Part shown: piece after piece, positions 39,215 to 50,145 of the stretch
Position numbering within the stretch: position 1 is the first letter of the stretch
How the letters are laid out: each line of letters starts with the position of its first letter
From: Thermoanaerobaculia bacterium
GTDB lineage: Bacteria > Acidobacteriota > Thermoanaerobaculia > UBA5066
Direction: 5' to 3'
DNA: 64,000 bases
Assembly (NCBI GenBank): GCA_963719225.1
Contig: CAVRAY010000001.1
Location: 3,392,001-3,456,000 of the forward strand
Position numbers and translations under genes: made by a program
Notes under the pieces: model-generated
What the model was told of the DNA's origin: nothing
The model's input: the letters and a program-made list of their open reading frames with translations, nothing else
Database searches by the model: none

Positions 39215-40359
39215 CGGGCGAGGCGAAAGATGCGGGCGGGAAGAGACGGCGCCCTCGCTATCCGGGCACGCATCCCCGCCGCTTCGCGGAGAAATACAAG
39301 GAGCTCGATCCGGCACGTTTTCCGGAGGAACGCGAGAAGGTCCTCGCTTCCGGCAAGACACCCGCGGGCAGTCACGTCCCGGTCCTCGTCGCCGAAGTTC
39401 TCGCGGCACTCGCGCCGGCTCCCGGCGACGTCGCCGTGGACGCCACGCTCGGATACGGCGGCCACGCTTCGGAGCTCCTGACGAGGATCCTGCCCGGCGG
39501 GCGCCTCCTCGCCCTGGACGTGGATCCCGTCGAGCTGCCGAAAGCCGAAGCACGATTGAAGACGCTCGCGCTGTCGCTCGGCGACGCGGGCGCCGTGAAG
39601 ATCGTGAGGCGGAACTTCGCGGGGCTTCGGGAGCTCCTCGCGGAGGAAGACATCGCGCGCGGCGCCGACCTCATCCTCGCCGACCTCGGCGTCTCCTCCA
39701 TGCAGCTCGACGACCCCGGCCGCGGCTTCTCGTGGAAGCACGACGTTCCGCTGGACCTCAGGATGAACCCGGAGCGCGGGCAACCGGCGGGGATTCTGTT
39801 GCTTCGGATGAAGAGAGAAGAAATTGAAGATCTTCTTAGAAGGTTGGGAGACGAGCCAGAAGCGGCGGGAATCGCCAGGGCGCTCGACGCGACGATCGTT
39901 TCGCGCCGCGCAGAGGCGCAGGCGCTACACGACGTGCCGCACGCGCGCCCGAGCTCCTCTGATATTCACCTTCTAAGAAATCTTCTCCGAACTTCGGACG
40001 TCGCGGCTGCAGTCGAGTTCACCTACCAGGGACGGACATCCCGTGAAGCGTCCGAAGCAAAGAAATCTTCTCTCCAGCGAACCTTCCAGGCCATCCGCAT
40101 CCTAGTCAACGACGAGCTGACGGCGCTCGATGCGTTCCTGAAAGATCTTCCCCATTGCCTCGCCTCCGGCGGGCGCACCGCGATCCTGACCTTCCATTCG
40201 GGCGAGGACCGGCTCGTGAAAAAAGCGTTCAAGGCCGGCCGCGAAGCCGGGCTCTACGCGCGCGTGGCATGCACGGTCATCCGCGCGACGCCCCAGGAGC
40301 GGGGCCGGAACCAACGCTCCTCCGCCGCGAAGCTGCGCTGGGCGCTGCGGGCGGGGTGA
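39211..40359 (+). CDS. rsmH: 16S rRNA m4C1402 methyltransferase RsmH-like (outside dcw cluster)
   Basis: HVPVL, DATLGYGGH, DLGVSSMQLD, RTFQAIRI, TFHSGEDRLVK, RSSAAKLR; GTG start overlapping the upstream TGA. Confidence 0.88.
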   Translation: MTGEAKDAGGKRRRPRYPGTHPRRFAEKYKELDPARFPEEREKVLASGKTPAGSHVPVLVAEVLAALAPAPGDVAVDATLGYGGHASELLTRILPGGRLLALDVDPVELPKAEARLKTLALSLGDAGAVKIVRRNFAGLRELLAEEDIARGADLILADLGVSSMQLDDPGRGFSWKHDVPLDLRMNPERGQPAGILLLRMKREEIEDLLRRLGDEPEAAGIARALDATIVSRRAEAQALHDVPHARPSSSDIHLLRNLLRTSDVAAAVEFTYQGRTSREASEAKKSSLQRTFQAIRILVNDELTALDAFLKDLPHCLASGGRTAILTFHSGEDRLVKKAFKAGREAGLYARVACTVIRATPQERGRNQRSSAAKLRWALRAG

Positions 40360-40450
40360 GGAAGGGCACCTCAGGAAGATCCGGACAGAGACAATCTTCC
40401 TCGGGAATCCAGCAGTATTGGGTCACGAAATGAGGAATGGAGCTCAAGAA

Positions 40451-40479
40451 GAGAGGCCGCCCTTTTCGGGCGGCCTCTC
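40451..40479 (-). terminator. Intrinsic terminator
   Basis: Perfect 12-bp stem GAGAGGCCGCCC/GGGCGGCCTCTC between convergent genes, followed by TTCTT on the minus strand. Confidence 0.8.
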
Positions 40480-40499
40480 GAAATCAGCGAAGTCAGGAA

Positions 40500-42686
40500 T
40501 CAGTCGACCCGGATTTCGTACTTGTCATCCTTGCCGAAGATCGTGAACCCGTCGACGAAGATCGTCCAGGTGCCCGGCTGCGGGTTGGTGATCGTGACGA
40601 CCTCCGGGCTGTTCAACGTCGCACCGCTGGTGTTGAGGACGCCGCCGGGAGACCTGACGTACATGTCGAGATCGTTGGTGGGGTAGCTGCTCCAGTCGTT
40701 GTCCCAGGACAGGCTGAACGTGACGGACGCGGTTCCCGCCGGGATATCGACTGTATGCGTGACGAGCTCGCCCTGCGAGATCTTCCCCTTGAAGTCTTTC
40801 TTGGAGAGGGGCGCCGCGACTTCCTCGATCGCGAGGTCGGTCGCGATCTTCCCGGCGTTGGTCCAGTCTCCGTTGACGGTGACGCGCATCACCCCGTTTT
40901 CCGGCCGGTCGAAAACGTAAGATTTCGCGCCGTTGACGAAATCGAAGGCGAGGTAGTCCCCTTCGCCGATCGCGGAGGTCTTGGCGGAGTGGACGGCGAA
41001 GAGGAGGTCGTCGCCGAAGAAGGCGTTCTGCTGTGAGGCCGGGAGCGCCGGCGCCACGTTGAAGAGGGTCACGCGGACTTGAGCCGTGTTCTTGCTGACG
41101 ACGTAGTAGAACTCGCGGCGCTCCGCGGGCCGCAGATCGGGAATGTGCGTGGTGAACGATGAGCTGTTGATCGGCTGAATGCCGGCGCCCTCATGGACAT
41201 TCTGCGTCACCTTCTTCTTGGCGGGACCGGAGTCGGCGATCGGCCCGGGATTCGTGTTCAGAAGCGTTCTCGCCGCAGCCGCGTCGACGTAGCCGTGGCC
41301 CTGGTCGACGGCAGTCGCGGTCGGAATGACTGTCGAGCGCGCGGAACCGACGATCGCGGAGCGGATCTGCGCCGGCGTCGCCGACGGCTTCGCGCTGTAG
41401 AGGAGGGCCGCGACGCCGGATACGGTCGGCGAGGAGAAGGAAGTTCCGGAGACCAGGGAGATCGAGCCGTTGGCGCCCTGGGCGTAGGAGGCGAAGCCGT
41501 TGGCGACGACCTCCGGGTCGATACGGCCGTCCGCGTCGGGACCGCGCGAGCTGAAGTAGGCCATCTGCTGGTTGTCGTCCGGACGATAGAGCGCCCCGAC
41601 ACCGGTCCCGAACTGCACATCTCGCAGGATGCGCTCATGGACGGGGCTCGAGGCCGCGCCCACCGTCAGGATGCCATGCGCCGTGCCGGGACTTCCGACC
41701 GTCGTGCCGCTCGGCCCCGCGTTGCCCGCCGAGACGGCGAGGGTGATACCCGAAGTGGCCATGGAGGTCGCAAGCTCATCCTCGATGTCTCCGCCGGCAA
41801 AGACGGTCGGCCCGCCGAGGCTCATGTTGACGACCTTCATGTTCGGCAGGGTCGAGTTCTTCAGATCGATCGCGCGATCCATGGCCGCCATGATGCGACT
41901 TGTCGGCGCTCCGGCCCCCGACGCCGGGAACACCTTCAGGGCGAAGAATTGCACCGCCGGGGCCTGGCCCACCATCGGGATCCCATCGACAGTCGGACTG
42001 GCCGCGAACGAGCAGGGAGATGAAGCCGCCGGTGTGCAGTAGTTGCGGACGGCGGTCGCGAAAGTGCCGGTGTGGCTGAACCCGAACGCGGCATTCGCGC
42101 CGATCATGCAGGCGACCCAGGTTCCGTGAGCGTCGTTCGTGGAGGCCGTAGCGTCCGGCTCACCCGGGACGAAGCTCTCGCCGCCGAGGACGCGTGTCCC
42201 CGTCGCGCAGGGGCCATTACAGAGAGCCGTCGCCGTGCGAGAGGTGCCCGTGTCGATGACTCCGACCACGACCCCTTGTCCGAGGATTCCCTCCGACAGG
42301 AGCGGCCGGGCGTTTGTCAGATCGCTGTTGTAGGGGAAGTAGTTCGCCGGCGCGGCGCCGGAGCCCAGGTCCGACTGAACGTCACCCGTGACGTCGACGA
42401 CCAGCCTGGGCTTCGGGGCGGGCACCGTCTCATCGCGCACGGTGTAAAGGACCCCGGCGGTCGAGTTCAACGCGTCGACCTTGTTGTCCGGAATGGTCAC
42501 CGCCAGACCGTTTGCGTTCCTGAACTCGTATGTCACGGCCCCGCCGAGGGCGGCAATCTTCTGCTTGACCGCGCCGTACGGTTTCATCGTCCGGACGATG
42601 ACCGCCTGGTCCGCTGCGAGTTCGGCCGCGGTCAAGAGAGCCGCGACACCGAGCAGAAAGGTGGATCGGAGCATTCCTATCCTCAT
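40500..42686 (-). CDS. Secreted S8 subtilisin-like serine peptidase with C-terminal PPC-type domain
   Basis: VIDTG, HGTWVA, SAGNAG, GTSFSSP triad; AAAGGAGG RBS before MRIGMLRS. Confidence 0.92.
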   Translation of the reverse strand: MRIGMLRSTFLLGVAALLTAAELAADQAVIVRTMKPYGAVKQKIAALGGAVTYEFRNANGLAVTIPDNKVDALNSTAGVLYTVRDETVPAPKPRLVVDVTGDVQSDLGSGAAPANYFPYNSDLTNARPLLSEGILGQGVVVGVIDTGTSRTATALCNGPCATGTRVLGGESFVPGEPDATASTNDAHGTWVACMIGANAAFGFSHTGTFATAVRNYCTPAASSPCSFAASPTVDGIPMVGQAPAVQFFALKVFPASGAGAPTSRIMAAMDRAIDLKNSTLPNMKVVNMSLGGPTVFAGGDIEDELATSMATSGITLAVSAGNAGPSGTTVGSPGTAHGILTVGAASSPVHERILRDVQFGTGVGALYRPDDNQQMAYFSSRGPDADGRIDPEVVANGFASYAQGANGSISLVSGTSFSSPTVSGVAALLYSAKPSATPAQIRSAIVGSARSTVIPTATAVDQGHGYVDAAAARTLLNTNPGPIADSGPAKKKVTQNVHEGAGIQPINSSSFTTHIPDLRPAERREFYYVVSKNTAQVRVTLFNVAPALPASQQNAFFGDDLLFAVHSAKTSAIGEGDYLAFDFVNGAKSYVFDRPENGVMRVTVNGDWTNAGKIATDLAIEEVAAPLSKKDFKGKISQGELVTHTVDIPAGTASVTFSLSWDNDWSSYPTNDLDMYVRSPGGVLNTSGATLNSPEVVTITNPQPGTWTIFVDGFTIFGKDDKYEIRVD

Positions 42687-42847
42687 AGAAAACCTCCTTT
42701 GGCGAATTCCCAGTTGAAAGAATGAGAACGAGACACATTGACTGCTGCGATATATCACGCGCCGGCGGCTCGCTTTGTGCCTTTCTTGGTGGCATTTTTT
42801 CAGTTGCGCGCGACTCCAGAACGTAGCTGGCTGACTCGGGCCCTGGG

Positions 42848-43035
42848 TCATAACCCGGGAGACGCCCGCCGCCCCGCGCGGTACAGGAATGCGCAGACGG
42901 CGAGGATCGCGAGGGCCGTCAGAGCCTCGCCCGACATGCCCGCGACGAGAGGCAGACGGCCCTTCGGCGCGACGCCGAACGCGACGAGCGCCGCGACCAG
43001 GACGCCCGCGAGGCCCTCGCCCGCGACTAGGCCGG
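42848..43035 (-). repeat. Displaced duplicate of the 3' end of the OPT gene (direct repeat with 48144..48319)
   Basis: Encodes GLVAGEGLAGVLVAALVAFGVAPKGRLPLVAGMSGEALT...RRASPGL*; ~80 bp near-identical core, offset 5284 bp. Confidence 0.9.
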
Positions 43036-43049
43036 CTTTCGGGCCGGCC
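43030..43049. terminator. Hairpin at insertion junction
   Basis: GGCCGGC-TTTCGG-GCCGGCC just downstream of the surface-protein stop. Confidence 0.5.
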
Positions 43050-43073
43050 CCGTTTTCTTGTACGACTGAGAAG

Positions 43074-46000
43074 TCAGGGAGCGAGCGTCATCCCGATGAA
43101 GCTCCCGTCCCCCGTGCCGGCGCCGGGCACGGCGCCGTCGTTGAGGACGCCGTAGGCCACCCAGGGGGCCGTGCCCGCCGTGCGCATCAGTCGCACGTAA
43201 CCGTTCGCGAGGCCGAAGGTCTTCAGAATCGCGTTCACCTGTAACCACTGCCCGGGATAGAGCTGCACCGAGGCGCCCCCAACCTTCGCGCCCGTCGATC
43301 CGTCGAAGACGTCGTAGCGAAGCGAGACCGGACCCAGATTCGATGAGGCGTTGAGCATCGCGAAGTTCGACCGGTTAGCCGCGTTCTGCTGCAGGCCGAA
43401 GACCCACGCCTCGGCCGACGCGGACTCCGCGAGCGTCACGCCGGGATAGGACACGCCGTATCCCCCGCCACCCGCCGCCGGCGTGGAGGTCCGGGACGCC
43501 ACGTACCCGTCGGCCGTGGCCCCACCGGCCGTGAACCGCACGAAGAGCGGCCCGCCGTACGCCGCTCCTTTCGGCCCCACGGATGCTCCGTGGGAGCGGA
43601 GGTAAGCGACGGCGTCCGGAACGAACCGCTGCTCGCCCGGCTTGAGCGTCAACGTCACGAAGCCGGTCGAGTTTCCGACAGGACTCGCGAGCGATTCGAT
43701 GAAATTCAGGGTGACCGTCGCGGTGGCGGTCCCGGGGTTCACGAGCACCAGATCCGTGCCGAAGGCGCCCGTCTCGACGATCGCGGGGACGACGAGAACC
43801 GACGGCGGCCGCGCGGCCAGAACCGCGGCGAGGAATGCCCCGTCGTTCGTGACGTTGTCGTTCGAGATTCCGTACGCGTAGAACGGGTCCGTCCCCGACA
43901 CGCGCTCGACGAGCGCCCAGCCGCTCGAGTATCCGGCCGCGTTGAGGACGGAACCGATCTGGAACCATTGACCCGGTTGCAGGGAGACCGTCTGCGGGAG
44001 GACGAATCGCGCGTCGCCCGCGCCCGATACGAGCGTGACACGCAGATCGATCGGACCGGACGTGCCCGCGTTTTCCAGCGCGAGGTTCGCGCGCTCGGCC
44101 GCCGTCTCGCGCAGCCCATAGACGGCGACGCGGCCGTCGAACAGCTTCTCGGCGGCCGGAGCCGGATAGGAGAGGCCCGCTCGACCGGGACCCGACAGGG
44201 CCGTCGTACGCGCGCCGACGAACACGATCGCTCTTGCGGGCAGGTTCGTGAACGAAGACCGGACGGATCCGCCGCCCGAGGCCGCTGCGGCCAAGGAGGT
44301 GCGCACGGCTCCTTGCTGAGCGAAGAACGCAAGGGCGTCCGGAATCACGATCTGCCTGCCGGGCCCGATTTCCTGGCTCACCGTGGAGCTCGCGCCTCCG
44401 CCAAGCACCTCGGCGGGCGTCAGCGTCAGCTCGACGTGTGCGTTCGAGCCTCCCGGATTGGAGAGGGTCAGCTCCGAGCTGAACTGCGCGCCGCCGCTTC
44501 CGGCGACGCTCACGACGACCGGAACGATCCGGGTCGCGGAGAAGCCCTCGACGGGGATGACGAGGACGCCGGCTTCGGACGGGCAGCCTTGAACGGTCTT
44601 CTGGACCACCCGCAAGGTCGTCGTGCCCGGAAGGCCCGCGGTGAAAAGAACCGAATTCGTTCCCTGGCCCGCCGTCAGGGATCCGTTCTCCACCGTCCAC
44701 GTGAAGACATCGGAACCCGCCGCCGGAACGTTCGCGGTGAGGGAGGAATCCCCCGCCTTGGCTTCGGCGGGACCCGTGATGGACGGAGCCTGCGGCTTCC
44801 GGTCGATCGTGACGTCCGTTCGCCCGGAGACCTGGCAACCCGATCCGACCTTGACGATCACGGAAACGATGGATTGGCCCGAGTCGCCGGGAGTGAACGT
44901 GATGGATGGCGTTCCCTGCCCGCCGTCGATCGTTCCGTTGAGGATCGTCCACGCGTAGCTCGCTCCCGCTCCCGCGTCCGCAACGCTCGCCGTCGCGCCG
45001 GACGTTCCCGCGCACACGTCGAAGGGCGCCGCGACGAGGGCCGCCCTGGGATCGAGCCCGACGACGATCAGGGCGACGCCCGATCCCGGAACCGAGCACG
45101 AGCCGTCCGAGATCGCGTCGATCTTGTAAACCGTGGTCGACGAAGGATTGACGACGCGCGTCAGAGTGGTGGAGCCCGTCCCGGTCTGGACGACGCCGTC
45201 GTTCCACTGGGCGGTGAACGGAAGCGCCGAGGTCACGACCGCCGAGATCGTCACCGCGTCGCCCGAGCAGATCGTGCCTTCCCCGGAGACCAACGCGGAC
45301 GGCGCCTGACGGACGGTGATCGACACGCTGCCGGAAACCGTCCCGGCACAGCCGTTGCCGTCGGCGAGAGACGTCAGCGAGAACGCCGTGTCGGTCGCCA
45401 GGGTGACGACCCGCGTCGCGGGGCTCGTCTGGATCGCCTGGACGAGCCCGTCGGACCACTTCAGGCTCCAGGGGGGCTGTCCGGTCAGGCTGACGGAGAG
45501 GTTCGTGGGCTGGCCCGAGCAGGCTGAAGCGGGACCCGTGAGCGCCGCGGTCGGCGCCGGTCGGATCGGCACCGCGCGCAAGTCCGTCGAGGAGCAGCCG
45601 TTCGAGCCCGTGACCGTCAACGAGAGGTCGACATTTCCGGACGGCCCCGCCGTGAACGTGATCTGCCTCGTGCCGGCGCCGGCCGTGACCGCGCCGTTCC
45701 CGACGTTCCACACGTACGCGGCCCCGGGCCCGGCGTCCGGCGTCGACGCGGTGTTTCCGGTCGCGTTCGGGCAGACCTGTGTGGCCGAAGGCGTGATGAC
45801 TGCGCCCGGCGCCGGCTTCACGACGACGTCCGCGGCGCCGGAAGACGTCCCGGGGCAGCTCGTCGCATCTGTTACGAACGTCACGGAATAGGTCGTCGAG
45901 GTCGCCGGCGTGACGGTCCGCATCAACAGGTTGGATGCGATGCCGGTCTGAATCAGGCCGTCGCTCCAATGCAACGTCCACGGCGCGGTGCCCGTCAAGG

Positions 46001-47998
46001 AGGCCTGGAGCACGGTCGAATCTCCCGCACAGATCACCTGGCTGCCGCTCACCGTCGCGGTCGCGAGCGGCGTCACGGGGATCGTCACAGACCCGCTCTT
46101 ACTGCAGGCATTCAGCGTGACCGTCACGTCGAGCTGGGCAGGCGAGGCCGTGCTGACCGAGAAGACGATGGCGTTCGTGCCTGCGCCCGACGTGATCGTG
46201 CCGTTCGTGATCGTCCAGGCGTACGTCGCGCCCGCTCCCGCGTTCGGAACGGAGGCGGCGAGGCCGGTTGCGTTCTGGCACGAGGCGGCGGGAGCCGCGA
46301 TCGTCGCGGAGGGAACGGGCGTCACGGTGACCGTCGCGCTGCCACTTCCGGTTCCGACGCAGTTCGCGTCGGCGACGGTCGTGACGGAGTACGACGTCGT
46401 GGACGACGGCGAGACCGCCCGCGTGGCCGGACTCGAGCCAATCCCGCTCTGGACGAACCCGTCCTGCCAACTGAGCGTCCAAGGTCCGGTGCCTGTCAGC
46501 GCGGCGGAGAGATTCGTCGAGGCTCCGGCGCAGATCGAGGCCGTGCCGCTGACGGTGGCGGTCGGAACCGTCGAGGCGCACGTATACGTGAACCCGCCTG
46601 CGAGCTTCGCAAACCCGTTGTCCGGGTTCGTCACGGCGACATCCGCCGGACCGACCGCGTGTGCCCCCGTCGTCGCGAGAATCTGCGTGGGGGTGACGGA
46701 CGTGACGTTCGCGGCAGAGTCGCCGATCGTCACCGTGGTGCCCGCCTGGAAGTCCGTCCCCGTGATCGTCACAGGCGTCCCCCCGAGCGAGGGACCCGTC
46801 GGAGGACTGATGCCCGTGATGGTGGGAATCGGCCCGGAGGGGACTGTCAGACGGAAGACCACCCCGAAGCCATACTTCCCGCCGCCAAGAGCTGTGCCGT
46901 AATAGCTTCCGTCCGCGCCCTGCACCAGCCCGGCCTCCGGAACCATGCCGTCGCTTCCCGAGAACACATGAAGAGTCGTCACGTTGCCCGACGTCGTCGC
47001 ACGATAGATGGAACCGAAGCCGATGCCGGTCAAGCCCGTCGTCGTGCCGTAGAGGTAGCCGTCGCTTCCCTCCACGAGCTCTGCATAGGGCCGGTTGTTC
47101 TCGCCCTGAAATGCGTGCAGGTGGGTCAACGCGCCGGATGGAGTGATCCGGAAAATCGTCCCGCCCTGCGCGACCCCGGATGCTCCGACCGTCGTCGTGC
47201 CGTAGAAATTTCCGTCGGACGCCAGTAGGAGTCGGGATGCGGGTGCATATCCCGAGCTCGCATCGAATGAGGCCAGGGTCGTGAAAGATCCTGCCTTCGT
47301 GATCCTGTACACGATCCCGTCGAATCCGCTACCGCCCCCGGTAAAGGTCGTTCCGTAGAGATCCCCCCCGCCGGGGCCGAGAACAGGAGCAGCAGTAGGC
47401 CACTGTCCGACATCGGGCGAAAAAGAGGCGTGGTCAACGCTCCCGCCGGAGTCGTCCTGAAAACGATGCCGACCCCGGAACTACCCTGGTATTGCGTCGT
47501 CCCATAGAAGTACCCGTCGCCTCCGGATACGAGTCCGTCCTGCGGAGAGCCACCGTCCGCGAAGCCGAGAAATGAATGGAGTATGGTCAGCGCCCCCGAG
47601 GGCGTGATGCTGAACACGGTGCCTATGCCCGCGCCGCCCTGCTCGGTCGTGCCATAGAAGTTGCCGTCGCCGCCCTGAAGAAGACGGCCTCGAGGATGCG
47701 CTCCGTCGTGCAAGCCTCCCCCAGCTTGAGACTGGAACGTATGGAGGGTCGTCAGAGAACCCGACGGCGTCATCTGGAATATGGAGCCGAAGAAAACGCT
47801 GCTCCCGGTCTCGCCATACGTCACCCCGTAGAAGTTGCCATCAGTCCCCAGAGTGAGAGTGCTGACGGGGTATCGCCCGTCGTTGCCGCCCGTGAAGTCG
47901 TGGAGGACCGTCAGCACCTGCGCCTCCGATGGGGCCGCGACGAGAACGAGAAGTGTTAGCGCGACGAGCGACATGGACGCGAGAAGCGTGCGGCGCAT
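43074..47998 (-). pseudogene. Giant secreted protein (GloVer-type beta-propeller repeats + IPT/TIG + Ig-like repeats + duplicated C-terminal domain), frameshifted near 47429
   Basis: Signal peptide and DGNFYGTT repeats in ORF 47126..47998 continue in the frame of ORF 43074..47312; the junction reads LTT/ASFSPD versus TTLASF in the next repeat. Confidence 0.8.
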
Positions 47999-48115
47999 GG
48001 AACCCCCGTTCTTCCATGGGGTGCGCGAAAGAGACCTGTCACGAACCCTGCAGAAGAGCTTTCTGAGACTTACGGGGAGTGTTGCACTCTTCGACGGGTG
48101 GTGTCCAGTTGGTCA

Positions 48116-48142
48116 GTTCGAGAACGATTCCGATTCTCGAAC
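48116..48142. terminator. Inverted repeat after OPT stop
   Basis: GTTCGAGAA-N9-TTCTCGAAC; no U-tract. Confidence 0.45.
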
Positions 48143-48143
48143 G

Positions 48144-50042
48144 CTACGTCCGCTTTCCCGCCCGAACGAGAAACGCGCAGACGGCGAGAAGCACGAGAAG
48201 GGTCAGAGCTTCACCCGGCATGCCCGCGACGAGCGGCGGACGGCCCTTCGGTGCGACGCCGAACGCGACGAGCGCCGCGACCAGGACGCCCGCGAGGCCC
48301 TCGCCCGCGACGAGGCCGGACGCGGCGAGGACGCCGGTGTCGCTGCCTTCCAACGCCTTGTCTCCGCGCGCCCTCTCGACCAGGCGGCGGGCGCATCCGC
48401 CCACGAAGATCGGCGCCATCGACGCGAGCGGCAGGTAGACGCCGATCGCGAACGCGAGGCCCGAGATGCCGCAGAGGATGACGGCGATCGAAAGCCCCGC
48501 TCCCGTGAGGACGAGCCCCCACGGCAGCGCGCCCGAGAGGACGCCTTCGATGATCGTCTTCATGAGCATGGCCTGGGGCGCCGGGATCTCCTTCGTCCCG
48601 AACGTGTACGCGCTGCCGAGGAGAAGCACGGTCGCCGCGACGCCCCAGCACGCGAACGAGGCGCCGATGAGCTGGCCGAGCTGCTGCCGGGCGGGCGTCG
48701 CGCCCACGAGCCAGCCCGTCTTGAGGTCCTGCGAAATGTCGCCCGCTTTCGACGCCGCGATCGCGACGATCGTGCCCACGGTCAGGACGGCCGCGCGCGC
48801 GCTCCCGTCCGTCCAGCCGGCCGCGGCGAAGAGCGAGGCGACCCCGATGAGCGTCACGAGCGTGATGCCCGACGTCGGCTGCGAGGAGACGCCCACGATG
48901 CCGACGATGCGCGCGGCGACCGCGACGAAGAGGACCCCGAAGACGCCGACGCCCGCGGCGCAGACGGCCCTCGGCAGCGGGCCCATGTGGCCCGCGAAGA
49001 TTCCCGGGACGAGCGCGGCCGCGAGAACGACGAGCGCGATGCCCCCGAACACGAAGCCGCCGGGCAGATCGCGGTCCGTGCGCGGGACGGCGCCCGCTTC
49101 ATCGCCTCTCGCGCCCCGCCCCCCGCGGACTCCTCTCACGACGGCCAGGAACGCGCCGGCCATGGTGGGAAAGTTCCGCAGCACCGTGAGGATGCCCGCC
49201 GTGGCGACGGCGCCCGCGCCGATGTAACGCACGTAGCGCGACCAGATCTCCCCCGTCGACATGGCGGAGACCAGCTTGACGGCCTCGGGCGCGAGCGGCG
49301 CCGCGAGTCCCTGCCCGATGAACGCGATGAGCGGGATCAGGACGAGCGACGACACGATCGAGCCGGCGACGAGGACGCCCGACTGCCGGTATCCGAGGAT
49401 GTAGCCGACCGCGAGAAGCGCGGGAGCGAGCTCGACGGCGACCTCGGCCTTCGGCAGGAAAGGCAGCCCCGTGCCGACCTCGGAAGGCATGAGGAAAAGC
49501 AGGGACACGATGATCTTCACGAGGGCGCCCACGGCCATGCCGCGGAAGATCCAGGCGCTGCCGCTCGAGTCCACCGCCGTCGCGCGCAGCACCTCGGCGC
49601 AGGCGGTGCCCTCGGGGTACGGCAGCTCGGCGTGCGCGTCGACGATCAGGAGGCGGCGCAGCGGGATCATCGCGGAGAGGCCGAGAAGCGCTCCGAGGAA
49701 ACAGAGCGCGACGACCTGCAGGTATGGCGGCACCGCGCCCCAGAGGAACAGAGCGGGAATCGTGAAGATCGTGCCCGTCGCGAGCGCCGTCGAGGCAGAG
49801 CCGATGGTCTGCGAGAGGTTCGCCTCGAGAATCGATCCCCTCCTGCGGAGGAGACGGAAGACAGCGACGGTCAGGACCGCGGCCGGAATCGAGGCCGACA
49901 CCGTGAGCCCGACCCTCAGGCCGAGGTACGCGTTCGCGGCGCCGAACACGAGGCCGAGGACGATGCCCGTGACGACGGCCTTCGCCGTGAACTCGGGGAG
50001 AGATGACTCTTCGAGAGCTGAAAAACGCGGCGGCGCGGGCAC
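48144..50042 (-). CDS. OPT-family oligopeptide transporter
   Basis: ANAYLGLRVGLTVSASIPAAV, LPYPEGTAC, SQDLKTG, PAPQA, GLVAGE. Confidence 0.95.
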   Translation of the reverse strand: MPAPPRFSALEESSLPEFTAKAVVTGIVLGLVFGAANAYLGLRVGLTVSASIPAAVLTVAVFRLLRRRGSILEANLSQTIGSASTALATGTIFTIPALFLWGAVPPYLQVVALCFLGALLGLSAMIPLRRLLIVDAHAELPYPEGTACAEVLRATAVDSSGSAWIFRGMAVGALVKIIVSLLFLMPSEVGTGLPFLPKAEVAVELAPALLAVGYILGYRQSGVLVAGSIVSSLVLIPLIAFIGQGLAAPLAPEAVKLVSAMSTGEIWSRYVRYIGAGAVATAGILTVLRNFPTMAGAFLAVVRGVRGGRGARGDEAGAVPRTDRDLPGGFVFGGIALVVLAAALVPGIFAGHMGPLPRAVCAAGVGVFGVLFVAVAARIVGIVGVSSQPTSGITLVTLIGVASLFAAAGWTDGSARAAVLTVGTIVAIAASKAGDISQDLKTGWLVGATPARQQLGQLIGASFACWGVAATVLLLGSAYTFGTKEIPAPQAMLMKTIIEGVLSGALPWGLVLTGAGLSIAVILCGISGLAFAIGVYLPLASMAPIFVGGCARRLVERARGDKALEGSDTGVLAASGLVAGEGLAGVLVAALVAFGVAPKGRPPLVAGMPGEALTLLVLLAVCAFLVRAGKRT

Positions 50043-50145
50043 GTTCGGCGGACTCTAGCAGCGACGGCGCGTCAGCCCCAGCCCATCCGTTCCCGAAGCG
50101 ACGTGACGTGCGCGACGTGGTGGCACCCGTGCCACGCGAGGTCGC

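Noticed and set aside
44600-47900. Repetitive DNA suggestive of an array
   Set aside because: The repeats are degenerate protein-level Ig and propeller units; no CRISPR-like identical repeats or cas genes are seen anywhere in the window
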